Shown: positions 47,499-57,754 of the stretch, in pieces | Numbering within the stretch: position 1 is the stretch's first letter | Layout: each line of letters begins with the position of its first letter | The notes under the pieces: generated by a model | Databases searched by the model: none | Told to the model about the DNA's origin: nothing | The model's input: the letters and a program-made list of their open reading frames with translations, nothing else | Assembly: GCA_028279595.1 (NCBI GenBank) | Contig: JANQNK010000003.1 | Coordinates: 224,001 to 288,000 of the forward strand | Length of the DNA stretch: 64,000 bases | DNA from: Thermoplasmatota archaeon | Lineage (GTDB): Archaea > Thermoplasmatota > JAKEGO01 | Direction: 5' to 3' | Program-made: the position numbers and the translations under genes

Positions 47499-48122
47499 AT
47501 GATGGAAGCGGTTATCTCGCTGAAGACCCCGGATACATGGGTCAGCAACCTGGCGAAGAAGTTCGATATCCACATCAAGGTCCTCGATTGCATTCCCGAC
47601 GATGGGAAGATGAGGGACCTCGCTGAGATCGCCCTCAACCGGAACGAGCTCGATCCGATCATCGAGGAGATCAAGGGGATGGAGAACGTCCTTTCAGTGG
47701 ACGTCGAGCAGGTCGAGCGGGACCGGGCCTGGGTCGTCGTGCACACGAACGAGTGCCTTGGTTGCTGTCTGCTCCGGGACCACGATTGCTTCCTGATAAT
47801 CGCCGAGACAGGGAAGGAGGGCGAGATACTGTGGAAGCTCGTCTTCACCGAGAAGCGCCACCTCCAGGAGCTCGTGTGGGACCTGAAGGAGACGGGCATC
47901 GAGGTCAAGATACACAAGATAAGCAAGTTCACGGAGAAGGAGTCGCTCACCGAGAGGCAGGAGATGATGATACGACAGGCCCTCGCCCTCGGCTACTACG
48001 ACTTCCCGAAGAGGATCGGGATCAGGGAGCTGGCGGAGAAGTTCGATGTCTCCACCGCGACCCTGAGCGAGACCCTGAGGAGGGGTCAGAAGAAGATCCT
48101 CGAGGACTACTTCCAGAAGTGA
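47499..48122 (+). CDS. Transcriptional regulator with C-terminal HTH_10 (Bat-like) domain
   Basis: LTERQEMMIRQALALGYYDFPKRIGIRELAEKFDVSTATLSETLRRGQKKIL. TATA TTTATATA at 47444-47451. Confidence 0.9.
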   Translation: MMEAVISLKTPDTWVSNLAKKFDIHIKVLDCIPDDGKMRDLAEIALNRNELDPIIEEIKGMENVLSVDVEQVERDRAWVVVHTNECLGCCLLRDHDCFLIIAETGKEGEILWKLVFTEKRHLQELVWDLKETGIEVKIHKISKFTEKESLTERQEMMIRQALALGYYDFPKRIGIRELAEKFDVSTATLSETLRRGQKKILEDYFQK

Positions 48123-48165
48123 GGGCCGGACTGACGATCATTCAGCCACAAGGGACAGTGAAACG

Positions 48166-48510
48166 ATGTTGAGGACGAAATCGGTGTACGAGGGACTGTC
48201 GGACGAGGACGGCATGCGAGTGCTGGTGATGAGGGAGTGGCCCCGCAATATCGAGCGGGACCAGATCGACGAGTGGATCGTCGAGCTCTCTCCCAGCGAG
48301 GAGCTCGACATGGAGTGGAACAACCGGAAGATCGAGTGGGAGGAGTACGTCGAGCGTTACAAGGCAGAGGTCGCCGACCAGGTCACCCACATGAAGTTCC
48401 TGAAGGAGCTCTCCCAGAGGAAGGACGTGACCCTCCTCTGCTGGGAGGGGATGGAGGACCGGTGCCACCGCAAGATCCTCAAGGAGCTCATCGAGGCCAT
48501 CGACGCCTGA
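48166..48510 (+). CDS. DUF488 / YeaO-family protein
   Basis: K.VY....EDG.RVLV.R.WPR...D.W..EL.PS.EL...W.EY..RY..E...VTLLC...CHR.IL pattern. Confidence 0.85.
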   Translation: MLRTKSVYEGLSDEDGMRVLVMREWPRNIERDQIDEWIVELSPSEELDMEWNNRKIEWEEYVERYKAEVADQVTHMKFLKELSQRKDVTLLCWEGMEDRCHRKILKELIEAIDA

Positions 48511-48617
48511 ATCCGATCCAATTCCTTTTCCTGACCACGGCCACCCCATACCGTCTAACGTCGGTCCATTAACCATTTCGGGGCAACGGCCTTAAAGGGT
48601 AGCGGGGTTCCCAGACC

Positions 48618-48920
48618 ATGGTGACAGAAGCAGCGGTCGTGCAGGCCATGAAGAAGGCCACGGAACCTGCAACCGGGATAACCCTGTTCGATCTGGGTTT
48701 CATAGACGATGTCCGGATCGAGGAGGACACGGTGTTCATCATCGTCGTCCCCCACTGCAACTGTCCGTTCATGCCCATACTTCTCGAGGACCTCTACAGG
48801 GTCACCTCGGACGTTCCCGGCGTGGAGAGCGTCGAAATCGAGGTGAACTGGGAGGCCAAGTGGCACCAGGGCAGGATGACCGTTGAGGGCAAGAAGCACC
48901 TCGGCATCGTTGCCAAGTGA
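48618..48920 (+). CDS. DUF59 / SufT-like metal-sulfur cluster assembly protein
   Basis: EPATGITLFDLGFIDDVRI...CPF...VPGVESVEIEVNWE..W...RMT.EGK..LG. Confidence 0.8.
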   Translation: MVTEAAVVQAMKKATEPATGITLFDLGFIDDVRIEEDTVFIIVVPHCNCPFMPILLEDLYRVTSDVPGVESVEIEVNWEAKWHQGRMTVEGKKHLGIVAK

Positions 48921-49010
48921 ACCATTGGCGTCGGATCTGATACTTGAATTCCATTCTACACAGCGTGAGCCCTTTCCTACATGAAGGCCTGACCACCGAC
49001 CCGCAGGTGC

Positions 49011-52000
49011 CTACCGTTTCCTACCACCGATCGGGATGTAACCCAGGAACACCGCTATCAGGAACACGATCACCAGCACCGCGGCCATCGGGATGACAAG
49101 ACCGGCAAGGCCCTCGTCTTCGCTCTTCTCCTTCGGGACAACGACGTTGATGACCGTATCCGCGGTCTCCCCATGGTCGTCCGCGATGATCCGGACCGTG
49201 TAGACGCCGGGCTTGATGGGTCTGACCGTGACCATCACCGATGTGTCGTCCTCCGGGTCCAGTGTGACCTCGACGTCGTCAAGGGTCACGTCCAGTCCCG
49301 CCGGGTCGTGCACCGTTGAAAGGGATATGGTAGATTCGTAATTGCCCATGTTCCCCACCTTCACGTAGAAGGTCATGGTCTTCCGGGCCCTGTCCGAGTT
49401 CTTTCCGTCCACGGATATCGTCGGCGAGTAGTACGGGTCCTCCTGGTTGTCGATCGTGATGATGATCATGTCGGAGTCGGTCGCTCCCTCGAAGTCGGTC
49501 GCCCGGACCCGAAGGTTGTACTCGGCGTCCGAGAGCTCGAGCGTATCGAGGGTGTAGGAGTAGATGTCATCACCCTCGTAGTCCATCTCCTCGACGACCT
49601 CTCCGACGAGGAGCTCGACCGTGTCGATGGTCCTGTCGTCTGTGACCTTCGCCGTGACCTCGACGAGGCCATCGACCTTCCCCGACGACGGGGTCTGTAT
49701 CTTGACCTTCGGGTCCTCGTTGACGTTGTCGATCTCCACCGACCATGATCTGAATGCCACATTCCCGAGGGTGTCCTTCGCCCTGACGTCGATGGTGTGA
49801 GGCCCCTCCATCAGGGACCTGGTATCCCATGGGATGCGCCACGTGTCCCCGTCCTGCTCCATGTCCTCCCATGTTGAGACGAGGTAGGCGGAGACCTCAT
49901 CGATGTTCGGGTCGATGGTCCTTACCTTGACGGTGATATTGCCCTCGACGGAGTCGCCCTCCTTCGGGTTGTTTACCCGTATCTCGGGCTCCGTGTTGTC
50001 CACCTCGATATTGACGTACGTCTCGTTCACGGATCCGTTCGTGTCGGTGACGCGGAACTCGAGCCTGACCGTGCCGTCGTCGGCCTCGGTCGTATCGATA
50101 TCGCCTCTCCAGATGGAGTTCTTGGAACCGCCCTGGCTCTTCCATAGGTCCATCCAGTCCCCGCCGTCGATGGACGCCTCGACGTTTTCGATGCCGAAGT
50201 CGTCCTTCACCGTCACCTGGACCTCCATGTCCCCGCCGAACACACCGTCCAGCGGTTCGTCGATCCATATGTACGGAAGGTGATTGACGTTGTTCGTCTC
50301 CCTCTCGATGGTCTCCTCGGTAACGTGTCCGACCATGTCGATGGCCCTGAACGTGATGGTGTGATCCCCGTCGGACACCGACCCGGAGTTCCAGACCGCC
50401 TGCCATCGATCGTAGTTCTGCTGTTCCAGGTCGTCCCATCCTCCGCCATCTATGCTGTACTCGACGGCGACGATGGTGTCGTCGACGACGTCGGCCTTCA
50501 ATTTCACATATCCCGTCAATGTGCCTGAGGGGACGATGGTATCGAGTGTGGGATACTTGCTGTCCTTTATGAATGAGAATGACTCGGTGACCTCGTTGTC
50601 AACGGTGTCGTTGGCCCTGATCTTGACCAGGTAGCTTCCGTCATCCCTCGGGTCCCAATCGTAGTAGAACTCGTCGTCGATATGGTCCATGGTCTTCCAG
50701 CTTGTCGAGCCGATCCTGATCTGGACCTGGGCCAGGTTGTCGTCGTCCACGGTCAGGGTTATGTTGATGCTCTCCTCGAAGGCGGTGCCGTTCACAGGAG
50801 TGACGTCCTCGAGGACCGGCGCTGTCGTGTCCAGCAGGACGCTGCCCGACTTCTGCCGGGTGCTCCCGTCGCTGTCCTCCGCCCTGATCGTGAATCCGAC
50901 GTTCCCGTTGAGGCCGGACGTGTCCCATTCGTATCTGTACTTGTTCTCGCTGGTTCCGTTCTCCATCTCGATCCAGCTACCGTCATCGGGCCTGAACAGC
51001 ACGGAGTCGATGCCCCTGTCGTCGATGACCTCGACCCTGACCGTTACGCCGACCCCGTACAGGTCGTCGTCCGGTTCGATGATCGTTATCACTGGAAGGT
51101 CGTTCACATTGTCGACGGAGACGTCAATGGAACCGTAACCCTCGTTCCCGGCGACGTCGCGGCATCTGACCTTGAGGGTCATCTCGCCGTCGGCCGCCTC
51201 GGTCGAATCCCAGTCGTAAGTGTAATTGGACCCATTGACGGACATCTTCGACCATCCGCCCTCGGCCTTGAAATGCACCGTGTCAATGTCGGACTCGTCG
51301 ATGTCCGCCTTCACGACCACGGTCCCGGCGACCGTGTCGTCCTGGTCCGGATCGAGTATGTCGACCACTGGCCACGTGTTGTCGAAATCGAGGTCCCACG
51401 ACGTCTGGTTCGTGTTCCCGGCGTCGTCGGAAGCCCTCACGGATACCGTATGCTCCCCGTCGAGATAGGTCGACGTATCGATGTATGCGTAGTAGGGGTC
51501 GTCCATGAACATGTTGCCCCAGTCCCCGTCGTCGACCCGGAACCACACCTCGTCGATCCTCTCATCGGCGATGCTGGCCCTTATCTTGATCGTCTCCTTG
51601 ACGGTCCCGTTGGGACCGAGCGGTACGATCTCCGGGGGAGTGTTGTCCACGGTCACGTTGATCGTCATGGTCTCGGTCTGGTCCTGCGTGTCGTGGACAC
51701 GGACGTGGATGTCGTGTATCCCGTCCTCGACCGATGTGGACGACCAGTCCGCCACCCATGAATCGTCGTCCTCCATCATGTCGGTCCATGAGGCATCATC
51801 GTCGATCCTGTAGTCCACCTTCGATATGCCTTCGTCGTCCGTCGCATTGGCGGCTATGCGGACAGTACCGAAGACCAGCGCACCGTTCGCGGGTTCCAGG
51901 ATCTCGACTGCCGGAGGGCTGTCGACGTTGTTGACGTAGACCGTCAGGTCGTCCATGCCCCCGTTCCCAAGGCTGTCGATGACGCTCAGCTCGATGTCGA

Positions 52001-55000
52001 CATCGCCGTCCTCGACCTCCTGGGTGTTCCAGTCGGTCTCCCAGGTCCCCGAGGTGCTGTTACCGGAGGTCAGGTTCAATGAGGTCCAGTCGCCGCCGAC
52101 CGAATACTCCACCGAGTCGACCCCCGAGACGTCGGATACATCGACCGAGATCGTGATGGTCCCGTTGACCTCCTCGTCCTCCACCGGTGTGACGAACTCC
52201 GCGTCTGGGGGTGTGTTGTCCACCGTGACGTTCCGGTAGGCATCCCCTCGATTCCCTGCATGGTCGAACGCCCTCACCTGGATGACGTGGTCGCCGTCTG
52301 CGACCGTCTTCGTGTCCCAGTCCTCGTGCCCGTCCGAGGACATCCAAGATCCGCCTGCGATCCTGATATCGGAGGACTCCACGCCGCTTGTGTCGTCATC
52401 CGTTGTGAAATCGATCGGCGTCATGTCGGCCACGTGCTGCCCCTCGTCGGGAGCCACGAAGGTCACTTCGGGCGGTGTGTTGTCAACTGTGAAGTCGACA
52501 TCCACATAGGTGACGTTGTCCGTCGAATTGGTCGAACGGACCTCGATGGTGTAGTTGCCGTCCGAGAAAGATGTGGAGTTGAAGGTCGCGTTCCAGACGC
52601 CATCCCCTTCGGACCCCTCCTTGAGCTGCATGTCGGACCACGCGCCGTCGTCCACGCGCCATTCGACGCTCACTATGCCGTCGGAGTCCCTCGCATGGAC
52701 GAGGACCTCCTTTTCGCCGGCTATGAAGTCGCCCTCCTCCGGAGCGAGGATCTCCGTGACCCTCGAGACATTGACGAATCCAGCGAACACGATGTCATCG
52801 ATGTAGAGACCCTCTCCGTCATCGTCATCGCCGTCGTGCATCACATGGAATGCGATGGTCACGTTGAATCCTTCGTAATCGTTGAGCGGGACCACGGCAG
52901 TGTCCCAGCGACCCTCAATCCCGCGGAGCGTCGTGAGCCGTTCCCATGACTCGCCATCGTCGGTCGTGATGTTGAGCTCGGCCGAGTCGCCCTCCATGTC
53001 GAAGTAGTATCTGAACCTCATGACTCCCTGCTTGATCGAGAGGAGGGAGATGTCCCTCGAGAGAGACGCGTCACCCGATCCGGTGCTGTAGTTACCGGTG
53101 GAGTCGCTGCCGTACCTCCATGAGTGCGTACCGCTCCTTGACCTCTCGTCCGATATGTCCCAGATGGACTCCGACGTCCATCCCGTGTCGGCCTCGCAGT
53201 CGTCGTCCAGGAGGACCTTCAGGACCGAGATCACGCCGTCGAGCACATTGTTCTCCATGGCCGTCTCGTTGCTGACCTGTTCTACCGCCATCGAGACGTT
53301 GAACGTCCCGTTCATGCTGGGTATGTGGTCGATCGCGACCTCCTCGAACCCGCCGGCAGCGAGGGTCACAGTAGTGGAGTTCACCTCGTCACCGTCTATC
53401 TCGAGTACGACGTCGAACATCTCGCTGCCCGTACCGAGGTTGTGTACGATGGCCGTGAAGGTGGCCGTGACGTTCCTTTCCACGTACCTGTCGAAGGTGA
53501 GATCGACGATGGCGCCATCGTGGTCCACCTCGTCCCGGACCAGGGACCTCACGAGCTGTCGTCCGAAGCGTGTGTTGTCATCCTCGTCCAGGTTGTCGTT
53601 CGCGAACAGTCCGATATCGGAGGTGGCGAATATGGTCCCTTCACCGAATCCCGTGATGACACCCTGGAGGATGCTGTCATCCTCGGGGTAGTCCCAGAAC
53701 AGCGGAGGCCCCGATACCTGGGCATGAGGCCTCTTCAGATAGAGGGCCTCGACCCCCTCGGTCGACTCGTGCTCCTCGATGTTGGTCGTACGGCCCTCAC
53801 GGCCCGGCCACGACCCCCACGAGATGTTGAGTCCGCTGCCCAAGAGGTTCGCTGGTTCGAGCAGGTCCGTCACGATGAACAGGCCCTTTCCGGTCCTCAC
53901 GAAGTCATGGACGGCCGAGATCTCCTCGTCCTCCATGTTGGCCGTCCTGAGAAGCATCAGCTCGTCAAGGTGGGCGATGTCCTCGTACCTCAGCTCCGTA
54001 TCGATCTCCTCGAAGTCGAAACCAAGGTCCATTAGATATGAAATGAAGTCGCCATGGTCCGTCATGTTCCCGTGGAACGTGTGGATCCCCAAAGTCCCAG
54101 TCCCATAGAACACGTCCATGTTGGTCCAGGTGGCGTCGTTCCCGGGGGTGTCATCGCCTGCCTCGACAGAGCCGACGACCCTGAAGTATCCCTCGTCCTC
54201 GATGGAGACGTCGAAGGTGAGGTTCTCCCACTCGCGGGAGTCGAGCGATGAGACGTTCCTGACGATCGTGGTGCCCGCGACGTCGATGGAGACGTTGATG
54301 TCCGACATCTCGTCGATCCCGAGATTGATGAGAGTGATGTCGACCTCGAAGGACTCGTTAGGCCTGACGATATCGGGCGCCGAGATCCTGGCCACACCGA
54401 GATCCTCCGACTTGAGGGTCCTGCTCAGCCAGGACGCTGAATTGATCGGGAAGAGGGCGTTGTCCTCCTCGTCGAGGTCGCCGTCCCTGAGGAAGTCGTC
54501 GTCCGTGACCACGACCATCCGACCCTCGCCGTACTCGACGGCAGCGGATATGTTCGCTCCGTTCGACGAGTTGAACAGGAGATCGCTGTCTCCGATCTCC
54601 AGGGACGCATCCGGCGACCTGAAGTAGAGCGACGATATCCCATCGGTGACGGGATGGTCCTCGATGGTGTGCGCCGTATCGTTCTGTTTGCCCGGAACCG
54701 TGGACCAGTTCAATCCCATGGGCCCGGTGAGCATCCCGTACGACTCCGGATCGTCATCTGCAAGCATCAGGACGCCGCCGCCGAGGCGGACGTAGTCCTG
54801 GAGCTCGAGGATGTACGATACTGACAAAACGCCAGGACCCGGGATGATGACCAACCGGGACCTCAGCATCTCGGCAAGGTCCATACCGTACTCCGACCCG
54901 TTCGATATCCTGTAGCCGTCGTCCGCCAGGAGCGAAAGGAGGTCGCCGTGGTCCGACGCGTCCCCGTTGACGTCGTCGATGAGGATACGGCCCTTGTCCG

Positions 55001-57572
55001 TGTATATGGTGATGGTGAAGTTGAGCTCGTTGTTGTCCTCGGCGTCCTCGCCGGAGACGGGTTCCGCCCAGACCGACAGCTCGTAGTCGCCGGCCTCATC
55101 GGTGCTCCATTCGAGCTCGACCTGCTCCGTGTCGCCGGAGTCGATGTCCACGGTCGTCGAGTCCTCGGTCAGGCCGTCGAGGATCAGCTTAACCTCGACG
55201 TCAGTCTCGTCCCTCAATCCGAGGTTCTCGAGCGTTGCAGTGACCGTGACCTCCTCCCCGACCTCGGCCCTCTCCGGGGCCGAAACGTCGGTGACGGCGA
55301 TATCATGTTCGGTCCCGCCCACCTCGATCTCGAACTCGTCGGTCCATGTGTGGCCCGGAATGTCCTCAAAATCGAGCTGGAACGTCAGGTTCTCGCCCAC
55401 GGGGGCCGACGATGAGAGCTTGAAGTCGTAGTCACCAAGGCTCCATGCGGTCTGTCCCGCCCCCACGTTCCCGTAGCCCTCCTCGGCGTCGGTGATGTTT
55501 ACGTACGGTGAGGTCGTGCTGAGGGTCCCCTGGAGGCCCGTGGCCGTCTGGCTTCCGATGTTCCTGACCTGGAGGTTCAGCTCGATGGTCTCCCCGGGAT
55601 TGACGATCCCGTCGCCGTTCCCGCTGCTGGAACCAAGGCTGTCGTCGTCCACCAGATGGTCGTTGTAGATGATGTTCGGCACCGGCAGGACGCTGATCGT
55701 GTGCGACACCTTCGACGCCCGTACGCCGTTGGTCCAGGCCTTTGCCTCGACATCGAAATCGGTTGCGAGGTTGACTGTCGGTGCATCGGAATCGAACTCC
55801 ACCTTGACCTCGCACTCCTGATAGAAGTCGATGTCCTCGGTGTGTATCAGGGTGCCCTCGAAGGTCCAGTACCCGTCCGAGCTCGTGGGATTGGTGTTGG
55901 ATGACGAGTAATCGACCCCGCCGTCGGCCGTGACCTTGATGTTGGTCGGCTTGCTCCAATCGTCGGGTATCGTCACCCTGAACGTGGTCTCGTCGTTCTC
56001 GATGGTGTAGGGGGTCCTCGTGACCGGGAGGGTGGCCTCGAACGTGACCTCCTTCGTTCCGGTATCGACCTCGTCAGGGCCGTCGACGTCGGTCCTCGTG
56101 AGGTCCTCGGCGCGCTTCACGGCGCCGTAGCCGTCGACCTGTCCGTATCCCCAGGCCCTGTCCCACTTCTCGCTGTACTGGGGCCTGTCAGTGCCAGCCC
56201 TGTCCTGTGCGGTATCGGCCAGGATCTGCTTGAGGTCCAGTTCGTATCTCGGAGCGCCCGGCCTAAGGCTCGGGTTCGCCTGAAGCATGAGAGCGATCAA
56301 TCCGCCCACCGACGGTGTGGACATGCTGGTGCCCGAACTTGCAGCGAGAAGGACGGCGCTCCATGAGACCGCCGAAGTCACACCTGTACCCACTGCCGTG
56401 ACGTGAGGTTTCATCTCGTCGTAGACGTCCGAATCCCCATCGTCGCCCCGCGGGCCACGGGCGGAGAACCCGGATATGGTGTCGTCCCCCCTGGTTATCG
56501 TGTTGTGATCGTCATGCGAACCGACGTTGATGCACCTGTCCGCAGCACCCGGCATCGCGAGGCCGTTGTTGTTCGGTCCGTTGTTTCCTGCCGCGACCGT
56601 ACAAACGATCCCTACCTCGACGGCGTCGTTCACTGCCTGCGATGTCTGGTCGTTCCCGTTGGACGCTCCCCCGCCGAAGCTCATGCTGAGGACCGGAACG
56701 CCGTCGTTGGCCGGACCGTCGTTCTCCCAGTCGGTCTCGTTGTTGTCGATGCACCAGTCTATGGCGGCCAGGACGCCCGCGAGGTTCAGATTGGTGAGCG
56801 AACCGACCCTGATATCGATCAGCCTGGACTCTGGCGCCGGACCCTGATGGTCCGTGCCGGTCCCTATCGCATCGCCGGCCACGTGCGTCCCGTGGCCCGA
56901 ATCGGACGCCTCGGGGTTGACGCCAGCCCCGCCGATAAGGACACCGGTGACCGCGTCCGCCCCCGCGATGAGCTTGGGGTCGAAGGTCAGCGGATTGTCA
57001 TCCATGTCGTCGACCATCGTGTGGCCGACCGGTATCTGGTCGTTCACTCCTGAGTCCATGATGGCGACGTTGATCCCGTCGCCCTTATAGCCGAGCTCCC
57101 AAGCGGTGTATGGGCTGAACTCGGCCGACTCCCTGACCTTGATGTTCGGGATAGCCATGTCGAGCATGTACTCCATCTCTGGAGGGACCTCGAGCAGGAG
57201 CAGCCCCTTGAGCCTGACCAGGGTCGGGAGGTCATCGCTGTCGACGTTCTCGAGGACGATGGTCTCGAAGTTGTGAGCGGCGTAGACGACCTCGAATCCC
57301 CGTTCCTCGAGCCATTCCACGTCCCCTTCGGTGGGGATGTGGTCCACGGCCGCGAGGACGAGGTCGAAGACCTCACGCTGGCCGAGATAGGCCCTGTCCA
57401 GGAGGTCGTCGATGCCGTTCCCGTTCTCGTCGCGGTAATACCCCGACCACCAGCCGTCCGGACGGTCGCCGAGGGTGGGTGCACCCTTGACCTCCTCCGA
57501 CGTGGCGAGTACGGGGATTAGGCTAGATACCATAAGCATGAATACTACCAGTGCTGTCGTCCTCATCGTCAT
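49011..57572 (-). CDS. Giant membrane-anchored S8 subtilisin-like serine protease with CARDB-like, two GIFT/DUF4350-like, one beta-sandwich and more than 10 Ig-like domains
   Basis: Signal peptide, propeptide, triad IAIMDSG / GHGTHVAG / SGTSMSTP, oxyanion VAAGN, many ...VDNTPP Ig repeats, C-terminal TM plus GRKR. Start is 57572 or 57566 given the TATA at about 57606-57616. Confidence 0.9.
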   Translation of the reverse strand: MTMRTTALVVFMLMVSSLIPVLATSEEVKGAPTLGDRPDGWWSGYYRDENGNGIDDLLDRAYLGQREVFDLVLAAVDHIPTEGDVEWLEERGFEVVYAAHNFETIVLENVDSDDLPTLVRLKGLLLLEVPPEMEYMLDMAIPNIKVRESAEFSPYTAWELGYKGDGINVAIMDSGVNDQIPVGHTMVDDMDDNPLTFDPKLIAGADAVTGVLIGGAGVNPEASDSGHGTHVAGDAIGTGTDHQGPAPESRLIDIRVGSLTNLNLAGVLAAIDWCIDNNETDWENDGPANDGVPVLSMSFGGGASNGNDQTSQAVNDAVEVGIVCTVAAGNNGPNNNGLAMPGAADRCINVGSHDDHNTITRGDDTISGFSARGPRGDDGDSDVYDEMKPHVTAVGTGVTSAVSWSAVLLAASSGTSMSTPSVGGLIALMLQANPSLRPGAPRYELDLKQILADTAQDRAGTDRPQYSEKWDRAWGYGQVDGYGAVKRAEDLTRTDVDGPDEVDTGTKEVTFEATLPVTRTPYTIENDETTFRVTIPDDWSKPTNIKVTADGGVDYSSSNTNPTSSDGYWTFEGTLIHTEDIDFYQECEVKVEFDSDAPTVNLATDFDVEAKAWTNGVRASKVSHTISVLPVPNIIYNDHLVDDDSLGSSSGNGDGIVNPGETIELNLQVRNIGSQTATGLQGTLSTTSPYVNITDAEEGYGNVGAGQTAWSLGDYDFKLSSSAPVGENLTFQLDFEDIPGHTWTDEFEIEVGGTEHDIAVTDVSAPERAEVGEEVTVTATLENLGLRDETDVEVKLILDGLTEDSTTVDIDSGDTEQVELEWSTDEAGDYELSVWAEPVSGEDAEDNNELNFTITIYTDKGRILIDDVNGDASDHGDLLSLLADDGYRISNGSEYGMDLAEMLRSRLVIIPGPGVLSVSYILELQDYVRLGGGVLMLADDDPESYGMLTGPMGLNWSTVPGKQNDTAHTIEDHPVTDGISSLYFRSPDASLEIGDSDLLFNSSNGANISAAVEYGEGRMVVVTDDDFLRDGDLDEEDNALFPINSASWLSRTLKSEDLGVARISAPDIVRPNESFEVDITLINLGIDEMSDINVSIDVAGTTIVRNVSSLDSREWENLTFDVSIEDEGYFRVVGSVEAGDDTPGNDATWTNMDVFYGTGTLGIHTFHGNMTDHGDFISYLMDLGFDFEEIDTELRYEDIAHLDELMLLRTANMEDEEISAVHDFVRTGKGLFIVTDLLEPANLLGSGLNISWGSWPGREGRTTNIEEHESTEGVEALYLKRPHAQVSGPPLFWDYPEDDSILQGVITGFGEGTIFATSDIGLFANDNLDEDDNTRFGRQLVRSLVRDEVDHDGAIVDLTFDRYVERNVTATFTAIVHNLGTGSEMFDVVLEIDGDEVNSTTVTLAAGGFEEVAIDHIPSMNGTFNVSMAVEQVSNETAMENNVLDGVISVLKVLLDDDCEADTGWTSESIWDISDERSRSGTHSWRYGSDSTGNYSTGSGDASLSRDISLLSIKQGVMRFRYYFDMEGDSAELNITTDDGESWERLTTLRGIEGRWDTAVVPLNDYEGFNVTIAFHVMHDGDDDDGEGLYIDDIVFAGFVNVSRVTEILAPEEGDFIAGEKEVLVHARDSDGIVSVEWRVDDGAWSDMQLKEGSEGDGVWNATFNSTSFSDGNYTIEVRSTNSTDNVTYVDVDFTVDNTPPEVTFVAPDEGQHVADMTPIDFTTDDDTSGVESSDIRIAGGSWMSSDGHEDWDTKTVADGDHVIQVRAFDHAGNRGDAYRNVTVDNTPPDAEFVTPVEDEEVNGTITISVDVSDVSGVDSVEYSVGGDWTSLNLTSGNSTSGTWETDWNTQEVEDGDVDIELSVIDSLGNGGMDDLTVYVNNVDSPPAVEILEPANGALVFGTVRIAANATDDEGISKVDYRIDDDASWTDMMEDDDSWVADWSSTSVEDGIHDIHVRVHDTQDQTETMTINVTVDNTPPEIVPLGPNGTVKETIKIRASIADERIDEVWFRVDDGDWGNMFMDDPYYAYIDTSTYLDGEHTVSVRASDDAGNTNQTSWDLDFDNTWPVVDILDPDQDDTVAGTVVVKADIDESDIDTVHFKAEGGWSKMSVNGSNYTYDWDSTEAADGEMTLKVRCRDVAGNEGYGSIDVSVDNVNDLPVITIIEPDDDLYGVGVTVRVEVIDDRGIDSVLFRPDDGSWIEMENGTSENKYRYEWDTSGLNGNVGFTIRAEDSDGSTRQKSGSVLLDTTAPVLEDVTPVNGTAFEESINITLTVDDDNLAQVQIRIGSTSWKTMDHIDDEFYYDWDPRDDGSYLVKIRANDTVDNEVTESFSFIKDSKYPTLDTIVPSGTLTGYVKLKADVVDDTIVAVEYSIDGGGWDDLEQQNYDRWQAVWNSGSVSDGDHTITFRAIDMVGHVTEETIERETNNVNHLPYIWIDEPLDGVFGGDMEVQVTVKDDFGIENVEASIDGGDWMDLWKSQGGSKNSIWRGDIDTTEADDGTVRLEFRVTDTNGSVNETYVNIEVDNTEPEIRVNNPKEGDSVEGNITVKVRTIDPNIDEVSAYLVSTWEDMEQDGDTWRIPWDTRSLMEGPHTIDVRAKDTLGNVAFRSWSVEIDNVNEDPKVKIQTPSSGKVDGLVEVTAKVTDDRTIDTVELLVGEVVEEMDYEGDDIYSYTLDTLELSDAEYNLRVRATDFEGATDSDMIIITIDNQEDPYYSPTISVDGKNSDRARKTMTFYVKVGNMGNYESTISLSTVHDPAGLDVTLDDVEVTLDPEDDTSVMVTVRPIKPGVYTVRIIADDHGETADTVINVVVPKEKSEDEGLAGLVIPMAAVLVIVFLIAVFLGYIPIGGRKR

Positions 57573-57601
57573 CACACCGCTTACTGACATCCATTCCAAA
57601 C

Positions 57602-57640
57602 ACAGTTATAAATATATCTGTATCCCCGTAACTGTTATAT
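57602..57640. promoter_or_regulatory. Divergent promoter region with TATA boxes and TAAC(A/T)GTTA motifs
   Basis: ACAGTTATAAATATA and TAACTGTTATAT lie between the divergent protease and receptor-like genes. Confidence 0.5.
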
Positions 57641-57754
57641 TAGACCCGAAGGGCCAGGCATCGCGGACGGGTGTCGGACAATGTTATCACCGTCAAGTCC
57701 AGAACCCTGTCTGCGGGAAGGGTCAAATTAAAGTAGGAGCCCTGACATAGATAC

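Noticed and set aside
46847-47950. 367-aa minus-strand ORF
   Set aside because: It lies antisense to two well-supported plus-strand genes and has no recognisable motifs.
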